A stretch of DNA of 49,126 nucleotides from Eubacteriales bacterium (GTDB lineage: Bacteria > Bacillota > Clostridia > Oscillospirales > QAKW01): contig JAZQAR010000071.1 in NCBI GenBank assembly GCA_045545315.1, positions 1-49,126 on the forward strand, written 5' to 3'. The notes beneath the pieces are model-generated. The model saw nothing but the letters and a program-made list of their open reading frames with translations. It did not search any database and had not been told where the DNA came from. Positions 18,995 through 28,106 of the stretch are shown here, one piece after another. Within the stretch, counting starts at the first letter, position 1, and each line of letters begins with the position of its first letter. Position numbers and translations under genes: made by a program.

Positions 18995-19290
18995 TGGTTA
19001 AGCATATGATCATCTGGAAGCTGAAGGAAGGTTTGGCTGATCCCGCCGCCGTCAAGGCACAGATCAAACAGGAACTGGAAGGGCTGGTGGGCAAGATCCC
19101 CGGTCTTTTAAAAATGACTATCGAGATCGATGGATTTGCCTCTTCTGCCGGGGATCTGTTGATGGATTCCACCCTGGAGAGTAAGGAGGCTTTGGAGGCC
19201 TACCAGAGCCATCCTGCCCACCAGGCGGTGGCCAACGGTGTGGTGCGTCCCAACGTTTGCCAGCGGCTGTCCTTTGATTATGAAGTATAA
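18994..19290 (+). CDS. Dabb stress-responsive A/B barrel protein
   Basis: MVKHMIIWKLK...L.GKIPGL...YQSHPAH...FDY. Confidence 0.88.
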   Translation: MVKHMIIWKLKEGLADPAAVKAQIKQELEGLVGKIPGLLKMTIEIDGFASSAGDLLMDSTLESKEALEAYQSHPAHQAVANGVVRPNVCQRLSFDYEV

Positions 19291-19322
19291 AAATAAGGCT
19301 ACCGTTTGGTAGCCTTATTTTT
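19291..19322. terminator. Bidirectional terminator
   Basis: AAATAAGGCTACC-GTTT-GGTAGCCTTATTT. Confidence 0.75.
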
Positions 19323-20325
19323 ATTCAAAGTTTTTAGCCGCTTTTTTCAAAAGCTCCCGGATGGGCAGGTCATAGGGACAGCGGGGCTCACAGGCGCCGC
19401 AATCGATGCAGGCATCGGGTTTCACCGGCATCGTTTCCCAGCGTTCCCGGGCCCAATCGGCCAGGCCGTAGCGGGTGAAATAGCCGTTCATCAAAAAGAC
19501 CATGGGAATATTGATCCCCACCGAGCAGGGGGCACAATAGCCGCACCGCCGACAGAATTGGGAGCCCAGCTCTTGGCGGATCTCCTCCATCTCCTGCAGC
19601 TCCTTTTGGGAGAGGGGAGCGGGGTCGTTGACCGCCGCCAGGTTTTCCTCAAATTCCGCCGGATCCGCCATCCCGGGGATCAACAGGTCGATATGGTCGT
19701 TTTTCGCCAAAAACCGCAACGCCAGGGTGGCGTTTTCAATGGCGCCTCCGGCCAGGGGCTTCATATCGATAAAGCCGATGTTCCTTTCGGCACATTTGCG
19801 GATCAATTCCTCCGCCTGGGTCTCCACAATATTATAGGGGAACATAAAGGTCTCTACCCAATCCAAATCCAAGGCCTTTTCAAAGGTCTCCATGGAATGG
19901 GAGGTCAGCCCGATATGACCGATCTTCCCAGCAGCCTTGGCTTCCTCCAGGGCCTCTAAAGCGCCGCCCGGTGCCATCACCTCTTCCAGCTGAGCGGGGG
20001 GCAGATTATGGATCTGATAAAGATCAATATAGTCGGTGCGCAGGTTCCGAAGGCTGGTTTCAATATCCGCCGCCATCCCGGCCTTATCCCGGGACATACT
20101 CTTAGTGGCGATGATAAAACGATCCCGGATCCCCTCCAGGGCGTAGCCCAGGTATTCCTCGCTGACGGTATAGCCCCGGGCGGTATCGATAAAATTGACC
20201 CCGGCCTCTGCCATTTGGTGCATCAGCTTTTTGGTGCCCTCGGCATCGATCCGCTGGATGGGGATGCCCCCAAACCCCAAGCGGGAGATTTTTAAACCGG
20301 TTTTTCCTAAAATGCGATATTCCAT
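19321..20325 (-). CDS. Aldo/keto reductase with C-terminal 4Fe-4S domain
   Basis: LGKTGLKISRLGFGG, FIDTARGY, IATK; CRRCGYCAPC and CIDCGACEPRCP. Confidence 0.92.
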   Translation of the reverse strand: MEYRILGKTGLKISRLGFGGIPIQRIDAEGTKKLMHQMAEAGVNFIDTARGYTVSEEYLGYALEGIRDRFIIATKSMSRDKAGMAADIETSLRNLRTDYIDLYQIHNLPPAQLEEVMAPGGALEALEEAKAAGKIGHIGLTSHSMETFEKALDLDWVETFMFPYNIVETQAEELIRKCAERNIGFIDMKPLAGGAIENATLALRFLAKNDHIDLLIPGMADPAEFEENLAAVNDPAPLSQKELQEMEEIRQELGSQFCRRCGYCAPCSVGINIPMVFLMNGYFTRYGLADWARERWETMPVKPDACIDCGACEPRCPYDLPIRELLKKAAKNFE

Positions 20326-20378
20326 AATCGGCTCCTTTTATTTTGATGAAATCATCATATCATTTTTGGCCGGAAATG

Positions 20379-21056
20379 TCAATTTGTTTGCTGTTTCTGC
20401 ATTTTACGCCAACTGATAAAACCGTAAAGATCGTTGAACAAAAAGGCCACAAAACAGATCACCACCGAAAGATAGGATCGGTTTTGCAGGGTGGCCAGCA
20501 CCCAAAGGCCGATCAGCACCAGGTCGTTGGCGGCGTAGGCCAGGGCAAAATAGGGGCTCCGCCGGAAGGTCAGGTACACCGCAATAAAGCTGGTGGTCAC
20601 CGAAAGGGTGCTTAAAGGGAGCCAGGCGGTGGAAAAGGCCTTCAGAATATAATAAAAGAGTAGGGTGACGGCGGCGGTGAGCAGGCTCATCCAAAGGTAT
20701 TCCGCCCCCTTCAGCCGGTTGACCTCCACCTGGGCCTTGTTGCCCTTATAGGGGTGCCGCAGCCAGGCGATCAGGGCAAAAAGGGCCATGGGCATGGTCA
20801 TCCCCAGATAGGTGATCATCTCGCCGTAATAACAAAAGGTATAGGAAATCACCCCGTAGAGCAGGCTGAACAGAACCATCAGCAGCTGCCCCAGGGGGTT
20901 GCCCTTGGCATTAAAGATCAGCGAGGTGACCCCGATCAGCGAGGCGGTCAGGGAGAGATAATTTTGCCGGTCAAAGAGCAAAAAGGCGATCAGGATCACC
21001 AGCACGGAGCCGCCCCAAAGGGTCAGCTCCCGTTTCAAAAAATATCCTTTTTTCAT
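20379..21056 (-). CDS. pnuC: PnuC-family nucleoside/vitamin transporter
   Basis: SLIGVTSLIFNAKGNPLGQ, YYGEMITY, YAANDLV, NDLYGFISW motifs; start after a GGAG RBS. Substrate cannot be determined from sequence. Confidence 0.85.
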   Translation of the reverse strand: MKKGYFLKRELTLWGGSVLVILIAFLLFDRQNYLSLTASLIGVTSLIFNAKGNPLGQLLMVLFSLLYGVISYTFCYYGEMITYLGMTMPMALFALIAWLRHPYKGNKAQVEVNRLKGAEYLWMSLLTAAVTLLFYYILKAFSTAWLPLSTLSVTTSFIAVYLTFRRSPYFALAYAANDLVLIGLWVLATLQNRSYLSVVICFVAFLFNDLYGFISWRKMQKQQTN

Positions 21057-21066
21057 TGTTTTCTCC

Positions 21067-21180
21067 AAAAAAATAAGCACTTGTTCTTTTCCTTCAAAGA
21101 CCTAACGGAAAAGGACAAATGCTACCCGGTGGCAGATATCTGATTGCATTAACTTTATCATATCCGGCCGGGATTGTCAA
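21067..21180 (-). promoter_or_regulatory. pnuC promoter and 5' leader with terminator-like hairpin
   Basis: TTGACA-17-TAAAGT (21180..21152); 16-bp stem GCATTTGTCCTTTTCC/GGAAAAGAACAAGTGC followed by a T-run just before the RBS. Confidence 0.6.
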
Positions 21181-22214
21181 GAGTTCCCGGGGAAGAAAAG
21201 GAGCCCCAGCGCCAGTGTGAGCCCCGTGACCATCGTTTCCGGGGAAACGGAATCCCCATTTAACGCCGGGGTATTCCCGATAAACCGTTGGCAAAGGCCC
21301 ATCACTGCTTGTGTGGCGTATTTGCGGGTATGAGGCGGCAAATCCATCAAGCCATCGGAAACCCGCTCCAGATAGCGGGAGAGGGGACCTTGCTCCGTTG
21401 GCGCGCGAAGGGCGCCGTTATTTTCCAAAATGGCCTCTAAAGCGTGCTGGCCGGAAGGCCGGGGGGCTACACCTTGCAGATAAAAAATATTCTCTTCCGG
21501 CATTAGCCGTTTTCCTAAAACGTTGATATAATCGTTATCTGCTGAAATGCTGAAAATTCGTTTCCGCCGTTCTTCATAAGAAGGGATTTTTCGCCGGAAG
21601 GATTCCAGGGCCTCCGGAGAAAATCCCTGGCCATCGAAACTGAAACAAAGGGCCGGCAGATCGGAATGAATGGCGATAAATTGGGCCTTATTCCCGCCTT
21701 TGGAATGGCCGGAAAGCAGAATACTGCCCGGCCGCCAGCCCTCTTGTTCCCCTAAGCGGTTGAACCAATTCAAGGCCTCCACCTGACTATCGGTGGCTTG
21801 ATCCTGCAAGATACGTTCCCGCCGCTCCGGCCGGAAGGTGTGGTAGGTGTTGGCTTCTGGAATTCCGGAAAGGCCCCGGCCGTTATCCAGCCATTCCCCT
21901 TTGCCGGTGCCCCGAAAGATCACCGAAACCGGCTCTCCCGATTGAGAGAAGGTGCAGGCAGCCAATCCCCGATCGGAATAAACCTGGTGACCGATCACTG
22001 CTCCTGCCAACTGGGGCCATTGGTTGAGCGCTCCCCGCAAAATCGTTAATTGCCGCCGATGGGAATCCTTCCAATCCTGCTGATCCGTTTTGCCAAGATC
22101 TGCTAAAATTTCGCCGAACCCGGCTCCGTTGGCCGGGGGCGTGCCCTTGGGCAATAAATATAAACAAATATTAAAAACAGCATGCCGGTTGGCTTGGGTC
22201 AAGGGTTTCATCAA
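21177..22214 (-). CDS. DUF2974/Mbeg1-like alpha/beta hydrolase (lipase-like)
   Basis: VIFRGT, GHSKGGNKAQ, FDGQGFS motifs. Confidence 0.8.
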   Translation of the reverse strand: MMKPLTQANRHAVFNICLYLLPKGTPPANGAGFGEILADLGKTDQQDWKDSHRRQLTILRGALNQWPQLAGAVIGHQVYSDRGLAACTFSQSGEPVSVIFRGTGKGEWLDNGRGLSGIPEANTYHTFRPERRERILQDQATDSQVEALNWFNRLGEQEGWRPGSILLSGHSKGGNKAQFIAIHSDLPALCFSFDGQGFSPEALESFRRKIPSYEERRKRIFSISADNDYINVLGKRLMPEENIFYLQGVAPRPSGQHALEAILENNGALRAPTEQGPLSRYLERVSDGLMDLPPHTRKYATQAVMGLCQRFIGNTPALNGDSVSPETMVTGLTLALGLLFFPGNS

Positions 22215-22322
22215 AAAGCCTCCTTATATCCCAGTTTATGCGGCAGAAGGCTTTGGGGTATCAAAAAATTATGGCCGAAAGAAACCGCCCTTCTATAAAG
22301 ATGTTGAAGGGCGGTTTCCTGT

Positions 22323-23327
22323 TTAGATAAAGGGTCTGCGATCCAAAACCAGTTTTAAAGGCTTGGTGGTCAAGAGCTTACCGGGCAGGGCTGATTGCAG
22401 CTCGGCCAGGCAGCAAACGGAGCCGAAGAGCATATGCAGATCGTTAAAGCCCGGATCGGCGGCGTAGTCCAGATGGAGCATCATATCCAGGTATTTTTCG
22501 GCAAATTTTTCCAGCTCGGCCTTGGCTTCATAGAACCGATGGGGGCTTTGGCGCATGGCACGGGTCAGGGCATAGACCACGTCCACGTCGATAAAGCCGC
22601 AACTACTATGGAACTTGGCCTTTTCCCGGGTCTCGTTCATCAGGAAAATGCAACTGTCGATGATCTTTTCCGGGTAGCGGAAGGGGCGATGCTCCGCCTC
22701 GTGGTTGAACATATAGTGAAAACCGCCGGCCATATATTGGTAAAGGGGCGCCTTCTTTTCACCGCAGCAGAAAAAGCCGGTCTCCGGGTCGCTGTGCTCC
22801 CACATCCAGTCGAAATACCAATTCTTCCACTCCAGCCCCACCATCTCGGTGTTGGTCAGGCTGGGCAGAATGCCGGCACCCTTGTGAGATTCCGGCCAGG
22901 GGCGCTCCACCCAATCCACCTCGGTCTCCAAAAGGCGATAAAGCCCTTCCTTGGTGGTGTATTCCTCCAGGGCCTTGCAGGGGTAAAGGGGCTGGGCGTC
23001 AAACAACTCCAATGCCGCCGTGCAATGGGCGGTGGTGTGGATGGTATGGTGGGTGGCCTCGGTATAAAGCCCGGTTATGGGATCCTGCATTTCCTGCAGG
23101 TGCCGTACCCATTCTGCCCGCTCGGCGGGATCCCGGGGGAATTGGCCGATGGAATAGAGAATATTGGCCGCATCGGCGCAGCCGTATTCGTTCCGCCCCC
23201 GATCCTTGGGGCGGCCGTCTTTAAAATTGCCGAAGATCCAGCGGGCATAGCTGCCGGTCTCTAAGCGGTGGGTCTCCACGCAATGGGCGATCTCTTGAAT
23301 CAGGGGATCCAGGTTGATGGGCTTCAT
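22323..23327 (-). CDS. Conserved hypothetical protein (possible alpha/alpha barrel)
   Basis: 334-aa ORF with RBS and downstream hairpin; repeated Q/SDPxTG motifs; no family recognised with confidence. Confidence 0.7.
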   Translation of the reverse strand: MKPINLDPLIQEIAHCVETHRLETGSYARWIFGNFKDGRPKDRGRNEYGCADAANILYSIGQFPRDPAERAEWVRHLQEMQDPITGLYTEATHHTIHTTAHCTAALELFDAQPLYPCKALEEYTTKEGLYRLLETEVDWVERPWPESHKGAGILPSLTNTEMVGLEWKNWYFDWMWEHSDPETGFFCCGEKKAPLYQYMAGGFHYMFNHEAEHRPFRYPEKIIDSCIFLMNETREKAKFHSSCGFIDVDVVYALTRAMRQSPHRFYEAKAELEKFAEKYLDMMLHLDYAADPGFNDLHMLFGSVCCLAELQSALPGKLLTTKPLKLVLDRRPFI

Positions 23328-23463
23328 GGTAAAAGGCTCCTTTTTATCAGTTTGATTTCATTATAACATTATTTTGAAAAAATGCAGTATGTATTTTGCA
23401 GATCTTTATGTAAATCTTGCAATCCCACCCGGGAACTGGTAAAATAGATCCGAGGTGTTTTGA

Positions 23464-23907
23464 ATGAAATTGATGTTTGTTTGCCATGGGAACATTTGCC
23501 GTTCGCCCATGGCGGAATTTATTATGAAGGATCTTTTAAAAAAGGAGGGGATCACCTCGGTTCAGGTGGCTTCTTCCGCTACCAGTACGGAAGAGATTTA
23601 TAACGGGGTGGGAAACCCGGTATACCCGCCTGCCAAAGCAGAACTTGCCCGTCACGGGCTCTCTTGCGAAGGAAAGCGGGCGGTGCAACTAAAAAGGGCC
23701 GATTATGCGGAATGGGATCTATTTGTGGCGATGGATGATTATAATTTGAAAAATATGGCCCGGATTTTTGATGATCCCCAAGGCAAGGTGCGAAAATTGA
23801 ATCAAAAGGATGTTTCCGATCCTTGGTGGAGCGGGGATTTTGAAACGGCCTATCGGGAGATCGAAGCGGGCTGCAAGCGGCTATTAAAGGAAATAAAATG
23901 GGAGTGA
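23464..23907 (+). CDS. Low-molecular-weight protein tyrosine phosphatase
   Basis: FVCHGNICRSPMAE P-loop; DVSDPW. Confidence 0.95.
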   Translation: MKLMFVCHGNICRSPMAEFIMKDLLKKEGITSVQVASSATSTEEIYNGVGNPVYPPAKAELARHGLSCEGKRAVQLKRADYAEWDLFVAMDDYNLKNMARIFDDPQGKVRKLNQKDVSDPWWSGDFETAYREIEAGCKRLLKEIKWE

Positions 23908-23928
23908 TGAATCACTCCCATTTTATTT
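23891..23928. terminator. Bidirectional terminator
   Basis: AAATAAAATGGGAGTGAT-GA-ATCACTCCCATTTTATTT. Confidence 0.75.
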
Positions 23929-26889
23929 TTATAAAGAATCTTTGAAGGCGGCGTGGAGGCGGGTGGCCAGATCTTGCATCTTGGCGGGGGTCACCTTCAG
24001 CACCTGGCGGTCATAGGTCAAAAGGCCGTTGGTCTCGTCCTCCACGTCGGAGACCTGGGTCAGCACCGTGGCGTTCAGCCCCAGGGGGATATTGGAGAGA
24101 ATATCCCGCTCGTAAAGGTGCAGGAGTTCCTCCTCAAAGGCCTTGGGATCCTGGGTGAAGAAGTGGTAGCCGGTATTTTTGGCGGGGTTGGAAAAGTGCC
24201 CCGGCACCTTGCAGGAATAGCCGCCGAATTCCGAAAGCACCATGGGCTTGCCGGGAACGGGCTTCAGCTTGACCGGTTTAAAATAGATATGGTCGCTTTC
24301 CACGTCCGAAAGCTTTTCCTTGAACCAGCCGGAGGTGGTGTCGTAGACCCGTGTGGGATCGTAGGTCTTGAACCGGGTATAGCAGCCGTCCGCATCGAAC
24401 TGACCCCAGCCCTCGTTGAAGATGGTGTAATACACCACGCTTGGGTGGTTATAAAGGGTATCCAGCATCCCTTCGCCGGTTTGGAAAAAGTGTTCCCTCC
24501 GGCGTTTGCTTGCCCGGTGGGTCACCCCACGGCGCAAAAACAAGGTAGGCAGGGCGGTATCCAAAAGAAAGCCGTAGCGCCCGCTGTTGATGAGATCCTG
24601 GAACACCAGCATCCCGTATTTATCGCAGTAATAATAGAAAAGCTCCGGCTCCAGCTTGATATGCTTGCGCAGCATATTGAAGCCGCATTCCTTCATTTTG
24701 AGGATATCCTCCTCAAAGCCCTCCTCGGTGGCGGGCAGGAAGATGCCGTCGGCATAATAGCCCTGATCCAAAAGGCCGTGGCAGAAATAGGGCTTGCCGT
24801 TCAGGCAAAGCCGTGCCTTGCCGTTCTGCTCCTCCACAGTGAAGGTGCGGAGGGCGAAATAGGATTCCACCCGATCCTTGCCGCTGATGAGTACAAAGGG
24901 ATAAAGATAGGGATCCTCCGGGCTCCAGAGCCGGGGAGCTTCGACCTCCAATTCAAAGGTGTCGCCGCAGAAGGTATATTCCTTGCCGTTCACCAAAAGG
25001 GTCTTTTGCTCCTCGCCTCCGGTGACCTTTAGGGTCACGCTTTTCAGAGTGGGGGTGATGCGCAGGCTTTCGATAAATTTTGCGGGCACACTTTCGATCC
25101 ACACCGTCTGCCAAAGGCCGCTGACGGGGGTGTACCACATTCCGCCCCGCTTTACCCGTTGCTTGCCGTAGGGCAGGTCGCTGTCCAGGGGGTCGGTGAC
25201 TTCTACCCGCAGGGTGTTTTCCGCTTTCAGGGTATCGGTGATCTCAAAGGAGAAGGGCAGGTAGCCCCCCTCGTGGCGCCCCAGCAGGGTGCCGTTCAGG
25301 TAAACGGCGGCAACCTGATCCGCCGCCCCGAAATGGAGAAAGGTGCGCTCCCGTTTAAAGCCAACGGGCAGGGTGAAGCTGCGGGTATAGACCCATTTTT
25401 CCTCCTTGCCCAGGGGGCGCTCGATGCCGGAAAGCCGGCTTTCCGGCGGAAAGGGGACCCGTACGGTGCCCAGGGGCCTTTCATCCACCGCCAGGCTCCA
25501 ATCGCCGTTCAGGCAAAGGTAGCTTTCCCGCCGCAGCTGGGGGCGGGGATACTCCCTGAAAGGGGGATCGGTCTGTTCGTTTTCGTAGGGGGTCTTCAGG
25601 GGGATGAGCTTGATGGGGGGCTTTTTCTTAAAAATAAAGAAGGGCAACACCGCCAAAAGGGCAATGCCCGCCGCCAAAAAGATATTGGCATTGGGAATAA
25701 AAGAGGTGGTGCCGTCACCGTTGACCACCGTCTCTGCCCCGGAAAGCACCCATTTGCCGATCCAGGGGCCCACGATCCCCGGCACAAAGACCTGGGAGAA
25801 GATGCGCACACCCTGGAGCCGCCCCGCATAGCCGGCGGGGGTATGATCCCGGATGGCGGCACCGAAGACCGCCATCCCCGCCAGGTAGCCGCTCATCATC
25901 AAAAGGGAGCCCAGGAAGACCAAGGCCGTGCCCCGGAAGAGATAGAGCAGGGCGTAGCCTGCCATCAGGCTCGCCACCGCCAGGATCCCGGAGAAGCGAA
26001 ATCCCTTTTTGTCGTAGACCCGACCCCATAGGGCGGTGACCACCGAGGCTAAGATGATGGCGGGCGCCATGATCAGCACGTAGTTGGTCATCTTCAGGGA
26101 GACCTCGTAATAGAGGATCAGGTAGGGCATAAAGATCTGAATAGAGATATTGAACAGGATAAAGGCCGCCAGGTGCAGGTAGAGGCGGGGGTTCTTGCGG
26201 ATCACCTTCGGGCGGAAGCCGTAGAGGATGCTTTTAAGGTAGGGCTCCTTGGAGGGGGTGATGGGGGGCTCCTTGATCAGCACAAAGCCCAAAAGACCGA
26301 TCAAAGTCACCGCCACCCCGATGATGGAGAAGATCATAGTCCAGCTTTCGGCCCGGTTCAGGTCGAAGAACATAAAGCCGCCGAACACCACCAAAATGGC
26401 CACCAGGGGCATCATGGAGTTGATGCCTTCCGCCGCGCCCCGGTTACTGGGGTCGGTGGAATCGGTCAGCCAGGCGTTAAAGGCCGCATCGTTGGCGGTG
26501 GAGCCGAAAAAGGTCATCACACAGTCTAAAATAATGGTCAGGGAGACCCCCACCGCCGCCGCAGAGGCCGCCAGAGGGAAGGCGGCACCGATCCAATCGG
26601 TGCGGAGCAGCATAAAACTGAAGATGGAAACACCCCACAAAAGATAGCCGGTGCAGATGAAGACCTTCCGCTTACCCAAACGATCCGAAAGGGCGCCCAT
26701 CAGGACGGTGGTCAGGGTAGCCGCCACCGAGCTGGCCGCCACCATAGCGGAGATATCCCCGGCGGAGGCGTGGAACATCTTATAAATAAAGACGTTGAAA
26801 TACATATTTTCAACCACCCAGGCCACCTGACCCATCAGGCTGAAAACGGTCAGGGCGCACCAAAAGCGCCCGGAAAGCTTATTCTTCAT
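23929..26889 (-). CDS. MFS transporter fused to GH2 glycoside hydrolase
   Basis: aa 1-420 about 12 TM with GALSDRLGKRK (MFS motif A); aa 440-986 EYPRPQ, LHFGAAD, SGLWQTVW, LDQG, GFNMLRKHIK, FNEGWG, SEFGG (GH2). One continuous ORF. Confidence 0.88.
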   Translation of the reverse strand: MKNKLSGRFWCALTVFSLMGQVAWVVENMYFNVFIYKMFHASAGDISAMVAASSVAATLTTVLMGALSDRLGKRKVFICTGYLLWGVSIFSFMLLRTDWIGAAFPLAASAAAVGVSLTIILDCVMTFFGSTANDAAFNAWLTDSTDPSNRGAAEGINSMMPLVAILVVFGGFMFFDLNRAESWTMIFSIIGVAVTLIGLLGFVLIKEPPITPSKEPYLKSILYGFRPKVIRKNPRLYLHLAAFILFNISIQIFMPYLILYYEVSLKMTNYVLIMAPAIILASVVTALWGRVYDKKGFRFSGILAVASLMAGYALLYLFRGTALVFLGSLLMMSGYLAGMAVFGAAIRDHTPAGYAGRLQGVRIFSQVFVPGIVGPWIGKWVLSGAETVVNGDGTTSFIPNANIFLAAGIALLAVLPFFIFKKKPPIKLIPLKTPYENEQTDPPFREYPRPQLRRESYLCLNGDWSLAVDERPLGTVRVPFPPESRLSGIERPLGKEEKWVYTRSFTLPVGFKRERTFLHFGAADQVAAVYLNGTLLGRHEGGYLPFSFEITDTLKAENTLRVEVTDPLDSDLPYGKQRVKRGGMWYTPVSGLWQTVWIESVPAKFIESLRITPTLKSVTLKVTGGEEQKTLLVNGKEYTFCGDTFELEVEAPRLWSPEDPYLYPFVLISGKDRVESYFALRTFTVEEQNGKARLCLNGKPYFCHGLLDQGYYADGIFLPATEEGFEEDILKMKECGFNMLRKHIKLEPELFYYYCDKYGMLVFQDLINSGRYGFLLDTALPTLFLRRGVTHRASKRRREHFFQTGEGMLDTLYNHPSVVYYTIFNEGWGQFDADGCYTRFKTYDPTRVYDTTSGWFKEKLSDVESDHIYFKPVKLKPVPGKPMVLSEFGGYSCKVPGHFSNPAKNTGYHFFTQDPKAFEEELLHLYERDILSNIPLGLNATVLTQVSDVEDETNGLLTYDRQVLKVTPAKMQDLATRLHAAFKDSL

Positions 26890-27715
26890 CGGCTACCTCC
26901 GTCATTTCGGCCACCCGATCCACAACCCTGCGGCAGATCGCCGGGTCGGTGGTGGCAAATTCAATGGAATAGGCGCCCTTGTATCCCAGTTCCTTTAAAA
27001 GGGCGATCCCCTCGGCCAGGGGAACGGTGCCGGTTCCGGGCTCTACCTCCTGCACCCATTTTCCGTTAACGGTGGGGTAGCCGAAGGTGTTGCTCGGCTG
27101 AGCGGGCAGGATCACCGAATCCTTCAGGTGGACGTGATAGATCTTTTGATGATAGGCACGGATCAGGGGCAGGATCTCTTCGTCCATTTGGCGAATATTG
27201 CCGAAATCCGCCACCATACCGATGGGGCGGTCGACCTCTGCCAAAAGGCGGCCGAAGCCCTCCAGTCCGTTGAACAGAAAGCCCTGATCCTCGTAAATGG
27301 TGGTGATGCCGTAGCGTTGGGCATGGTCGGTGATGCGGCGTACCGCCTCCACCCCCTTGGTGAAGAACTCCTCCCGACGGCACAGCACCTTGGTCGCATC
27401 CCGGTACTCCGGGCAGACGGTGTGGTGCAGATAGGGGGAGCCCAAAAGGGCGGCAATCTCCGCATATGCCATCACCCGGGCGATATTCTGCTCCCCTTCC
27501 GCTCCGGTCAGATCCTGGGAGGTGGAAAGACAGCAGATGGAAACGCCCTTGCGATCGGCATATTCCCGGATTTTTTTGGCAACTTCCGGATCCGGTTGGG
27601 CAAAATCCAGCCGGGTAAATAATTCTAATTTATCCATCCCGTATTCTGCCGCCAGGTCCACCATTTGGTACCAGGAGGTCACGGTTTGGGGGGTATTATA
27701 AAAACAACAGTTCAT
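26879..27715 (-). CDS. Sugar phosphate isomerase/epimerase (xylose-isomerase-like TIM barrel)
   Basis: Metal ligands YEDQG, DFGN, HVHLKD, SIE; G.G.VP motif. Confidence 0.88.
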   Translation of the reverse strand: MNCCFYNTPQTVTSWYQMVDLAAEYGMDKLELFTRLDFAQPDPEVAKKIREYADRKGVSICCLSTSQDLTGAEGEQNIARVMAYAEIAALLGSPYLHHTVCPEYRDATKVLCRREEFFTKGVEAVRRITDHAQRYGITTIYEDQGFLFNGLEGFGRLLAEVDRPIGMVADFGNIRQMDEEILPLIRAYHQKIYHVHLKDSVILPAQPSNTFGYPTVNGKWVQEVEPGTGTVPLAEGIALLKELGYKGAYSIEFATTDPAICRRVVDRVAEMTEVADEE

Positions 27716-27734
27716 TTTGGTTCACCTCTTGGAG

Positions 27735-28014
27735 ATAGGGTAGAGCAAATAACCCGAACCCGCCCCAAAGGGGCATATTTTGGCGCTTTTTCCCCAATTC
27801 GTTCTCACCAGGCGGCAGCCTGCTTTCGCCCAAATTGAGAAAAAATCCCTCAAAATCTGCATCCTTTGGGGTCAAGGATTTTAAAAAGAGCGGATTTTTT
27901 CGCAACCAAGGCACAAAACGCAGTTAATCCTGTCGGATTAACGAGTATTTTAACACAGGTTGAGTGAAAATCCGCCTTTTTAAAACGGTGTTTGGATTAT
28001 TCGCTCTACCCTAT
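27735..28014. mobile_element. MITE-like element with 25-bp imperfect terminal inverted repeats
   Basis: atagggtagagcaaataacccgaac (27735-27759) versus the reverse complement of 27990-28014, atagggtagagcgaataatccaaac (22/25); TA at both ends; internal inverted repeats; no transposase. Confidence 0.7.
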
Positions 28015-28106
28015 GATACCACAAACCTTTGAAAGTTGCAACGGAAACCCTTGCATTTTAGTTTTTGCAATGTTATCATTAAGAAAAAACAGTGAGGTAG
28101 ATCGCA

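Noticed and set aside
21133-21142. CAGATATCTG palindrome as an NrdR box
   Set aside because: Its centre does not fit the NrdR consensus, and it is a single copy.
21177-22214. DUF2974/Mbeg1-like lipase as a type VII secretion effector
   Set aside because: No WXG100/LXG, immunity or secretion genes are adjacent.
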